64,000 nucleotides of DNA from Betaproteobacteria bacterium (GTDB taxonomy: Bacteria; Pseudomonadota; Gammaproteobacteria; Burkholderiales; JAEUOS01), in contig JAQGMJ010000049.1 of NCBI GenBank assembly GCA_028292405.1, forward strand, positions 257,353-321,352, read 5' to 3'. Made by a program: the position numbers and the translations under genes. The notes beneath the pieces were generated by a model, which saw only the letters and a list, made by a program, of their open reading frames with translations, had not been told where the DNA came from and ran no database searches. How positions within the stretch are numbered: the first letter of the stretch is position 1; every line of letters starts with the position of its first letter. This document shows positions 16,776 to 23,322 of this stretch, one piece after another.

Positions 16776-17729
16776 CTAAATTGTTGGCGCGCCATTGTTG
16801 GTCGGTGGTGATCGCAAAAGAGCAGTCACTTGATTCGAGTCCAGGCGGCGGTAGACCAGATCTAAGACCGTCGGATCCACCGATCTAGCAAACGAAAGCA
16901 ATCCCTTCAGGCGTTCGACTTCTTGGGCAGACAATTTCCCTCTTGCAAAATGGTCAATCATGGCTCGTAATTGACGACGTCGATCGTGCCCAATCGAGAC
17001 CCTACCTTCGTTCGCCAGCGTTAAGCCAGTGAGTGTTCGATTAAATTTCTTCGAGACATTTACCGTTTTTGCGCTATTAAATTCGAGCCTTGGGTAGGCC
17101 ACGCTCTGGCAAAGCAAACGAATGTCTGAATGCAAGTTGTTCAGAGCATTGGGAATACTCGAAGAAAATGCTAGGTCATCCGCGTAGCGCGTATAGAGCG
17201 CTCCACGCTCTCTACATATTTCGGTAGCGCCCAAGTCGAAATCGAACATCAGCGAGTTTGATACTGCTGGAGAGCTAGGAGCCCCAATCGATAACCGGTA
17301 ATCGTCATCTTTTCTATCGCGTTTGAAAAGTATCTGCCTCAATATCCATAAATCATGTTCTGTGTATTGAGGCAAATATTTTTCTGCATGAGCGTTGAGG
17401 TCTGAGAATTTCAGCGATGGGAAAAAGTCTTTGAAATCCAGCTTAAGAAGATATTTATTGGCCGCATGAGGACGCGCATGACGCACGATTGATGCGCCTC
17501 GCCGATACGCTGTAGCCGCATCATGCAGAGGCCAGTCCACGACTGCAGTTGATACAGCCCAACGTTGCAGCATTTTCACTTCGCTTGTGGGCTGAGATAT
17601 AACGCGAGTACCACCCCTTCTCTTGGCAATTTCGTGAGTCTTATAGCGAGTCGGGGCTGTCAATAGCAATAGCTGTAACTCACCGGAACTAAAGGGCAAG
17701 TCTTGTAGCATTCTGAGAAATAAGCTCAT
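16776..17729 (-). CDS. Retron-type reverse transcriptase
   Basis: RT motifs 'LLKLDFKDFFPS', 'SIGAPSSPAVSN', catalytic 'YADDLAFS', retron-like 'RTLTGLTL' (VTG-type motif). About 317 aa with no maturase or endonuclease domain. The ATG lies 2 nt after the upstream effector stop. Confidence 0.85.
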   Translation of the reverse strand: MSLFLRMLQDLPFSSGELQLLLLTAPTRYKTHEIAKRRGGTRVISQPTSEVKMLQRWAVSTAVVDWPLHDAATAYRRGASIVRHARPHAANKYLLKLDFKDFFPSLKFSDLNAHAEKYLPQYTEHDLWILRQILFKRDRKDDDYRLSIGAPSSPAVSNSLMFDFDLGATEICRERGALYTRYADDLAFSSSIPNALNNLHSDIRLLCQSVAYPRLEFNSAKTVNVSKKFNRTLTGLTLANEGRVSIGHDRRRQLRAMIDHFARGKLSAQEVERLKGLLSFARSVDPTVLDLVYRRLDSNQVTALLRSPPTNNGAPTI

Positions 17730-17731
17730 GG

Positions 17732-18667
17732 CTATGCCCTAATAGCCCCGAACTTTGCCAACTGATACGCGTCGTATCGCTGTTTCTCACTTACAACGAG
17801 ATCGAAGGTGGTGCCCTTAAAGCGAAGGCGATCAAAAGGGTCATGGCCAGCCAACGCTGTGTGATCAACATACGGTTCGGCTAATCTAGAGACGTAATAT
17901 TTCGCTGGACCTCGCCTCTGTTCTTTCAGCAACTGAAACAGTAACAGTTGATTCAGTATTTGCTTTAAGCGCTCCTCAGTAAGCCTGACACCATAGTGGG
18001 CGAGTAAAAGTATCAGTTCAGCTTTAGTTATGACATTAAATAGATCCACCAAATCCGCGACTAAAAGTAGCTGATCGCGCGGCAGCTTGGGATCAAAGTG
18101 TTCTTTTTTTGGGGCCGAATCAACACGTGCTTCAAGAGCGCCAATTACCATCTCGACGTCCGGCGCAAAGTCCTCGACTTTCGGTCCGTGCACCGTGCAA
18201 ACGGACTCATCGGCGATTTGTTCCAGCCGACGAAGAGGACCTAACGAAATGTAAGAGATTTTTGGGTGATAGTTGTGCGCGACTATCGCCACGGTCTTAA
18301 AACGGAGCACGTCGTCAGCCGCGAACATCCCGAGTTCTGCGAGCGCACCAGATGTCTCGCAGAAAATCATCACAGCGCGTGAGAGATACCCGACGTCTCT
18401 CTCGAATTCAAGCAAGTCGGGATAACCTTCGAATCTATTCCATTCCCCGTAGTGTTCTGGGAAACGAACCCAGTCCTTAAATCGATGATTTTTTTCGATT
18501 AACGTTTCAAGGAACAGATTTCTCTGAGATATATGTTTCTTCTCAGGAGCGATACTGAGTGGGCCGCCAAACACGAGAATGAATGGCGGCCCCGAGATTA
18601 TTTTCGCAGTAGCAGGGTCGACGCTTGCAATGAATTGTTGTATTGCGTCACGAAGCACGGCACTCAA
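17732..18667 (-). CDS. Putative retron effector, nucleoside 2-deoxyribosyltransferase-like (RcaT/St85-effector-like) with a helical C-terminal domain
   Basis: 'PPFILVFGGP' (beta1-GG) and 'IFCETSGALAELGMFA' resemble NDT-fold motifs. Sits between the ncRNA and the RT, as in Retron-Sen2/St85. Start uncertain (TTG 18667 inside a2, or GTG 18658). Confidence 0.7.
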   Translation of the reverse strand: MSAVLRDAIQQFIASVDPATAKIISGPPFILVFGGPLSIAPEKKHISQRNLFLETLIEKNHRFKDWVRFPEHYGEWNRFEGYPDLLEFERDVGYLSRAVMIFCETSGALAELGMFAADDVLRFKTVAIVAHNYHPKISYISLGPLRRLEQIADESVCTVHGPKVEDFAPDVEMVIGALEARVDSAPKKEHFDPKLPRDQLLLVADLVDLFNVITKAELILLLAHYGVRLTEERLKQILNQLLLFQLLKEQRRGPAKYYVSRLAEPYVDHTALAGHDPFDRLRFKGTTFDLVVSEKQRYDAYQLAKFGAIRA

Positions 18668-18834
18668 TTACCCTTGAATTAGGCACGCAATCGGCCAAAG
18701 ACAATTTCGTGGAGCCTCAGCGGAGCGAAATTGGCTTTGGCCGATTGCGTGCCGTTGATGCAGTCCACCTAAATTCAGTCCGGCGAATCACCAGACAATT
18801 GATAGCCAAAAACGCTACCGAAACGCGTAATTGA
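18663..18834 (-). ncRNA. Retron msr/msd non-coding RNA (predicted)
   Basis: a1 CUCAAUUAC (18834..18826) pairs with a2 GUAAUUGAG (18671..18663). An unpaired G follows a1. Near-perfect 28-bp hairpin (arms 18682..18709 and 18726..18753, 1 mismatch, 16-nt loop). Located right behind a sigma70-like promoter. Confidence 0.65.
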
Positions 18835-18842
18835 GGCGAGTG

Positions 18843-18871
18843 ATTATGAATGCGTTCACATGAGTCGTCAA
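18843..18871 (-). promoter_or_regulatory. Sigma70-like promoter of the retron operon
   Basis: Minus strand TTGACG (18871..18866), 17-nt spacer, CATAAT (18848..18843). The predicted start falls about 7 nt downstream, just before a1. Confidence 0.6.
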
Positions 18872-18877
18872 ATTATC

Positions 18878-18891
18878 AAATAAAAGGTTCC
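18878..18891. repeat. Right copy of the 14-bp direct repeat AAATAAAAGGTTCC
   Basis: Identical to 16712..16725. Lies immediately upstream of the retron promoter -35. Confidence 0.6.
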
Positions 18892-19023
18892 AATCTCGAA
18901 CTAATTCGTGCCTCAAATCAGATCCGTGCTAGTGATAAAGGCTGCACAGCGCCGGCGGAGGCGGAAATGCGCGAGAATCAGGCAAAGCGCGCGCAGCGGT
19001 CCAGCCGTGCGCAGGAGACAATC

Positions 19024-19896
19024 ATGACCGTGGTTTTCAGCCCGCTACACCCCACCTTCGCCGCCGTAGTCGCCCCCATCGACCTGCGCCAGGCCCACGA
19101 CCCCGCCATCCTCGAATCCCTGCAACGCGGCATGGCGCAATACGGCGTGCTGGTGTTCCGCGACCAGCGCTTTACGAATGAGGAGCAGATGGCGTTCGCG
19201 CAGCGCTTCGATGGGGAGTTGCATGCGCGCACTTCCACTGCGGTGCTGGTGAAAAACCGGCATGGCAACGAGGCGTTGTCGGATGTGTCGAACGTCGGGG
19301 CCGATGGGCAGATATTGCCGGGGGAGGATAGGCGGCGCATCGGGGCGCTGGCTAACCGGCTGTGGCATACGGATGCTTCCTTTGTCACGCCGCCCGGCCG
19401 TTTTTCGATGTTGTCGGCGCGGGTGGTGCCGGAGGTAGCGGCCGATACGGAGTTTTGCGATACGCGCGCGGCGTATGCGGCGCTGGATGAGGCCACGCGC
19501 GCGACGCTGGCGCCGCTGCGGGTGCATCACTCCATCGCTTATTCGCGCGAGGTGCTGGGCTTTGTGTTCTCGGCGGAGGAGCGCGAGAAGTTGAAGGGCG
19601 CGGAGCAGCCGCTGATCCGCCGCATCGCGCGCGACCCGCGGCCGGCGCTGTACCTGGCTTCGCATGCGCAGGCCGTCGTCGGCATGCCGCTGGCCGAAGG
19701 CCGCCTGCTGCTGCGCGATTTGATGGAGCACGCCACCCAGCCGCAATTCGTCTACCGGCACCAGTGGCAGGCGCACGATTTCGTCATCTGGGACAACCGT
19801 ACCACCATGCACCGCGCCACCCCGTTTGATGACCGCAAATACCGGCGCGAGTTGGTGCGCACGACTACGCTGGATATCGAACAGGCGCTGCCGTAA
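19024..19896 (+). CDS. TfdA/TauD-family Fe(II)/2-oxoglutarate-dependent dioxygenase
   Basis: 'VLVFRDQ', His-X-Asp 'LWHTDASF', 'FVIWDNRTTMHRA' and the overall TfdA-like sequence. ATG 19024 chosen at the point where GC and codon usage return to host type. Confidence 0.85.
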   Translation: MTVVFSPLHPTFAAVVAPIDLRQAHDPAILESLQRGMAQYGVLVFRDQRFTNEEQMAFAQRFDGELHARTSTAVLVKNRHGNEALSDVSNVGADGQILPGEDRRRIGALANRLWHTDASFVTPPGRFSMLSARVVPEVAADTEFCDTRAAYAALDEATRATLAPLRVHHSIAYSREVLGFVFSAEEREKLKGAEQPLIRRIARDPRPALYLASHAQAVVGMPLAEGRLLLRDLMEHATQPQFVYRHQWQAHDFVIWDNRTTMHRATPFDDRKYRRELVRTTTLDIEQALP

Positions 19897-19909
19897 GCGA
19901 AGGAAGATA

Positions 19910-20494
19910 ATGCCTAAAGAGGTGCCGGATTCAAGCCAAGCTCGAATCCGGGACTTTTCATTTCATGTCGATAAGAGCAAAAAAATGAGCGATCCGGGTC
20001 TTCGTAGACTGCTGTCCGTGTGGGGGCTGTGTGTGGCAGCGTGCGTATTGGCCGCGGCTTGCGCCCATGGTCCTTCGTCACGGACGGATGCAGCGTTGCA
20101 GGTGATGCCGACCCGCACGCCTCTCGATATTTGCGTCAAAACCGAGAAGCAGGGCGATGCAGCAGTGGTTGAGGCGATGAGTCCAAAGGACGATGGCCAG
20201 TTCAAAGTGCATGATTTGGGCGTGCGCACCGCGGACGTACTGTACGAGCATTGGGACGCCATTCCGCAAGGCAGGTGCAAGGTCCGCGATCTTTATCACG
20301 TGGACGCAGGGCTTGGCGGCAACATCAAGCTGATGGTGGTGCGGCAGATCATTTTCGTGATCCGGCAGAAGCGTTCGGGAGACATGAAATGGGAATCCTA
20401 CCGCCTGGGCAAGATTGTGGTGCTCTCGGTGCGCCCTGAGGATACGGCGCAGTTGGAAGCGTTTTTGATGAAGGAGCTCTTCTTCGCTCCATGA
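19910..20494 (+). CDS. Hypothetical lipoprotein
   Basis: Lipobox-like 'VLAAAC' after 'LRRLLSVWGLCVAA'. Start ambiguous: ATG 19910 with AAGGAAG SD, or ATG 19985 which gives a canonical signal peptide. Confidence 0.5.
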   Translation: MPKEVPDSSQARIRDFSFHVDKSKKMSDPGLRRLLSVWGLCVAACVLAAACAHGPSSRTDAALQVMPTRTPLDICVKTEKQGDAAVVEAMSPKDDGQFKVHDLGVRTADVLYEHWDAIPQGRCKVRDLYHVDAGLGGNIKLMVVRQIIFVIRQKRSGDMKWESYRLGKIVVLSVRPEDTAQLEAFLMKELFFAP

Positions 20495-20602
20495 CGCAAG
20501 GCCGGTTTTGCCGTGAGTGGAACACTAGTTGCTTGGTCAGCGTGACGTCGCCGGGACGTGCTGCCGCCTCCGTATAATCTCCCCACTATCCGAGCCTCCC
20601 TC

Positions 20603-21775
20603 ATGACCCTCTTTTCCCTGCGCAGGCTTGCCGCCGGCGGCGCGCTGGCGCTGGCGGCGCTCATCAGTGCCCCGGTCGCGCAAGCGCAGGCCCTGCACCC
20701 GCTCTCGCCGGCGTTTCTCGCGACGCTGAATAACGTCGACACCTCTTCCGATGAGATCGGCGCTTCGGTCATGGCCATCAAGAATGCGGACCTGACGTAT
20801 TCGATGTTCTCCCGCGGCCGCGTCGAGAAGGCCATTGCGAACATGGAGCAGCAGTTGCCGGCGCTGAAGGCGCAAACGGCCAGCCTGCGGCGCGAAGAGT
20901 CCTTGCGGGTGCTGCTGGCCATGCGCACGGCGTTTTCAGATGCGCAGCGCAATATCGGGTCGATCTCCGACATCCTGCACGGCGTCACCGTGCGCACCCC
21001 GGCGCAGGCGGACGCGCTCGACAAGCTGCTGGCGCGGCTCGATAGTGCCACCGCGCAACTGGACGCGGCGCTCAAGCGCTTCGACAGCGGGGCGGTGGCG
21101 CTGACGGCGCGGGCTTCGTCCTCATCTGCCCCTGCCCCTGGCCCTGCCTCCGCCCCCGCCGCCGGGCAAGCGCAGGTGCCGATGTCTCCCGCCTCCGTCC
21201 AGGCACAGGCAGGCGCCTCATCCGCGCAAGCGCAGGCCGCAGCTACCCCCGGGCAGGCAGCGGCATCGTCCGCATCCGGCGCCGCGCAAGCGCCGGGCGC
21301 ATTTGCCTCCGCCCCCGCCTCCACGCAGGCGGCGCTGCGCCCGCTGCCGCCGAACCTTCTCGCCACGCTGAAAGACGTAGACACCTCTTCCGACGAAATG
21401 GCGGCTTCGGTGACGGCGGTGAAGAATGCGGACCTGACGTATTCGCTGTTCTCCCGCGGCCGCGTCGAGAAGGTGATCGCGCGCATGGAGAAGCAGTTGC
21501 CGATGCTCAAGGCGCAGACGGCGGATCTGCGGCGCGATGAGTCGCTGGGCGTGCTGCTGTCGATGCGCACGGCCTTCTCGGAGGTGCAACGCGACGTCGG
21601 CTCGGTCTCCGAAATCCTGCACGGCGTCACCGTGCGCACCCCCGCGCAGGCCGACGAGCTGGACCGCCTGCTCACCCACCTGGACGCCGCCGCCGCCCAC
21701 CTGGACGCGGCGCTCAAACGCTTCGACACCGGCGCCCTGGCGATGATCGAGTTGCTGGACAAGCCCGCCCGCTAG
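20603..21775 (+). CDS. Secreted hypothetical protein with two tandem 138-aa domain copies
   Basis: Signal peptide 'MTLFSLRRLAAGGALALAALISAPVAQAQ'. Repeats at 20690..21103 and 21332..21745 are separated by an A/S/P/Q low-complexity linker. Confidence 0.65.
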   Translation: MTLFSLRRLAAGGALALAALISAPVAQAQALHPLSPAFLATLNNVDTSSDEIGASVMAIKNADLTYSMFSRGRVEKAIANMEQQLPALKAQTASLRREESLRVLLAMRTAFSDAQRNIGSISDILHGVTVRTPAQADALDKLLARLDSATAQLDAALKRFDSGAVALTARASSSSAPAPGPASAPAAGQAQVPMSPASVQAQAGASSAQAQAAATPGQAAASSASGAAQAPGAFASAPASTQAALRPLPPNLLATLKDVDTSSDEMAASVTAVKNADLTYSLFSRGRVEKVIARMEKQLPMLKAQTADLRRDESLGVLLSMRTAFSEVQRDVGSVSEILHGVTVRTPAQADELDRLLTHLDAAAAHLDAALKRFDTGALAMIELLDKPAR

Positions 21776-21803
21776 CCGTTTTACTGGTAGGCATTGGCGT
21801 ATT

Positions 21804-21968
21804 GCTGCTTAGCAGGTCTCCTCCCTTTCAAGGGGAGGGACAGGGTGGGGATGGGGCTAAACCGCCCACGGCGATCACCGTTACGCTTACCACCGGCCAC
21901 GTTCACCCATCCCCCTCCGGGTTTGCGTAACCCTCTCCCCTTGAAAGGGGAGAGACCTGCCAAGCAGC
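21804..21968. repeat. 165-bp element with imperfect 37-bp terminal inverted repeats (MITE/REP-like)
   Basis: GCTGCTTAGCAGGTCTCCTCCCTTTCAAGGGGAGGGA (21804..21840) against the reverse complement of 21932..21968 (about 33/37 matches). Each arm holds its own CTCCCYTT..AAGGGGAG hairpin. Confidence 0.6.
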
Positions 21969-22155
21969 GCCAGTCCTGATCTCTTAAGGTGCTGCTGTGG
22001 CGCCCGGCTATCTCCCGTCCTGCCCCAAAATCCCCGCCAGACACACCCGCTTACATCTCACACACCCTGTAACACCTGCCGCACAGCACTTAACAAGCTC
22101 CGGGCGTTAAATGATAACCGTGCAATTGCGCACGCCCTCAAAGTAGGAGCTTAAA

Positions 22156-22521
22156 ATGAAAACCACCGTCAAAATCCTGATCGCCGCCGCCGTCACTTCG
22201 GTGGCCGCCACTTTCTCCACGGGTGCCTCCGCCCAGTCGCTGTTCGAGCTGCACGAGCAGCACAAGGCGCAGCTGTTCAACTTCCTGTTCGGCCACCATG
22301 GCCCGAATGTGGCTATCAACGTGGGTCCGTCGTATCAGCCGGCATATCAGCCGGCATACCAGCCCGCGCCGGTCTACCAGGCGCCGCCGGTTTATGTGCA
22401 GCCCTACGGCGGCTACGGCGAATATCGCGGCCCGCGCGGGTACGCTTATGGGCGCCGTGACTACCGTGGCGATGATGGTCGCCGCGACTATGGACATCGC
22501 GAAGGCCAGTACGGCCGTTAA
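22156..22521 (+). CDS. Small secreted Y/P/Q/R/G-rich hypothetical protein
   Basis: ATG follows AAGTAGGAG. Signal peptide 'MKTTVKILIAAAVTSVAATFSTGASAQ'. 'QPAYQPAYQPAPVYQAPPVYVQPYGGYGEYRGPRGYAYGRRDYRGDDGRRDY' is low complexity. Confidence 0.55.
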   Translation: MKTTVKILIAAAVTSVAATFSTGASAQSLFELHEQHKAQLFNFLFGHHGPNVAINVGPSYQPAYQPAYQPAPVYQAPPVYVQPYGGYGEYRGPRGYAYGRRDYRGDDGRRDYGHREGQYGR

Positions 22522-22529
22522 GGTTGTTG

Positions 22530-22567
22530 GCGGCCCCTGCCTGAGAAGGTCGGGGGCCGCTTCTCTC
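22530..22567 (+). terminator. Hairpin after the small secreted protein gene
   Basis: GCGGCCCC-(15 nt)-GGGGCCGC followed by a weak T-tract, TTCTCTC. Confidence 0.45.
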
Positions 22568-22721
22568 GGAGGCGCGTGGCGTCCTTTGAAGACTTGCGCC
22601 TACTAGAACAAATGCTTTACAAGCGGCCGCGCGCCGCGTATGTTTGAAGCCAGCGGGGGCAACTGAGTCGGTTGCTCTTTGCTGGCTTTGTTATTGGTGC
22701 TTGCGGTCGCGTGGCGATGGT

Positions 22722-23275
22722 GCTGCGCTGCATGTTCAGGAATTAAAGCAGCCCGGGCAATCCGGCAAGCCGCGACTTTTTCTGTGAAGCCAAGCCGCTG
22801 CCCCATGCAGCCATGACTACAACTGTGTTTATCGGCGAAGGGCGCTGCCCGGCGGATTCGGCAAGCGGCGAATTTTTCTGAAAGATATGGTTTTGTCAGG
22901 TTGGCTTCGCAAGCCGACCACAACTGTGTTCAGGGAGCAAGCTGCCCGGTGGGTTCGGCAAGCAGCGGAATTTCTGAAAAAGATATGGTCCCCAAGGGGA
23001 CTTCGTTGAGGGCGTTTTGTCAGCTTGCGGGTTTGCGCGGTCGACCACAACTGTATTTTCAGGGATGAGGGCTGCCCGGCAGGTTCGGCAAGCAGCGAGT
23101 TTTTCTGAAAAAGATATGGTTTTATCAGGTTGGCTTCGCAAGCCCACCACAACTGTGTTCAGGGAGCAAGCTGCCCGGTGGGTTCGGCGAGCGGCGGAAT
23201 TTCTGAAAGATAGGGTTTCCCAAGGAGACTTCTTTCAGGTCGTTTTATCAGGGCGGCTTGGAGATTTGTTTTTCG
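22722..23275. repeat. Higher-order tandem repeat array (alternating units of about 101 and 127 bp; 4 good copies plus 1 degenerate)
   Basis: The core ACAACTGTG recurs at 22819, 22920, 23047 and 23149 (spacing 101/127/102). Copies 1/3 and 2/4 are most similar to each other, giving a period of about 229 bp. A degenerate copy starts near 22722. Confidence 0.8.
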
Positions 23276-23322
23276 TCTATATTTAAGATCGCTATAGTTC
23301 TCCCGGTCACCAAGGACACTCT

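Noticed and set aside
16776-17729. Group II intron, DGR or Abi-type reverse transcriptase instead of a retron
   Set aside because: There is no maturase (X) or endonuclease domain, and no intron RNA domains flank the ORF. There is no template/variable repeat pair or Avd-like gene. Instead there is an upstream ncRNA with a1/a2 repeats and a long msd hairpin, plus an NDT-like partner gene. This could not be confirmed without an HMM or phylogeny.
20398-21762. 454-aa minus-strand ORF covering the duplicated-domain gene
   Set aside because: The Ser/Ala/Arg low-complexity sequence has no signal peptide or SD. The + strand frame has a signal peptide, a helical domain-like sequence and a clean duplication structure.
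21781-22044. Small ORFs 21781..22044 (-) and 21794..21979 (+) with 'PLKG' peptides
   Set aside because: They lie entirely within the inverted-repeat element and mirror each other because of the palindrome. They are repeat-derived artefacts.
22722-23275. CRISPR array
   Set aside because: The units are 100+ bp and homologous along their whole length. There are no short conserved repeats alternating with unique spacers, and no cas genes are nearby.
22603-23286. ORFs on both strands inside the tandem array (22603..22923-, 22829..23152-, 22896..23150-, 23017..23286+) with repeating peptide segments
   Set aside because: The peptide repeats simply reflect the DNA tandem repeat being open in several frames. 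There are no SDs, the frames differ between units, and unit lengths (101/127 bp) are not multiples of 3.
22722-23322. Type III toxin-antitoxin (ToxI-like repeat RNA upstream of a toxin)
   Set aside because: Known antitoxin repeats are about 34-45 nt and near-identical; these are 101/127-nt diverged units. The downstream 221-aa protein looks all-alpha (HEAT-like), not like a ToxN/AbiEii-type endoribonuclease.
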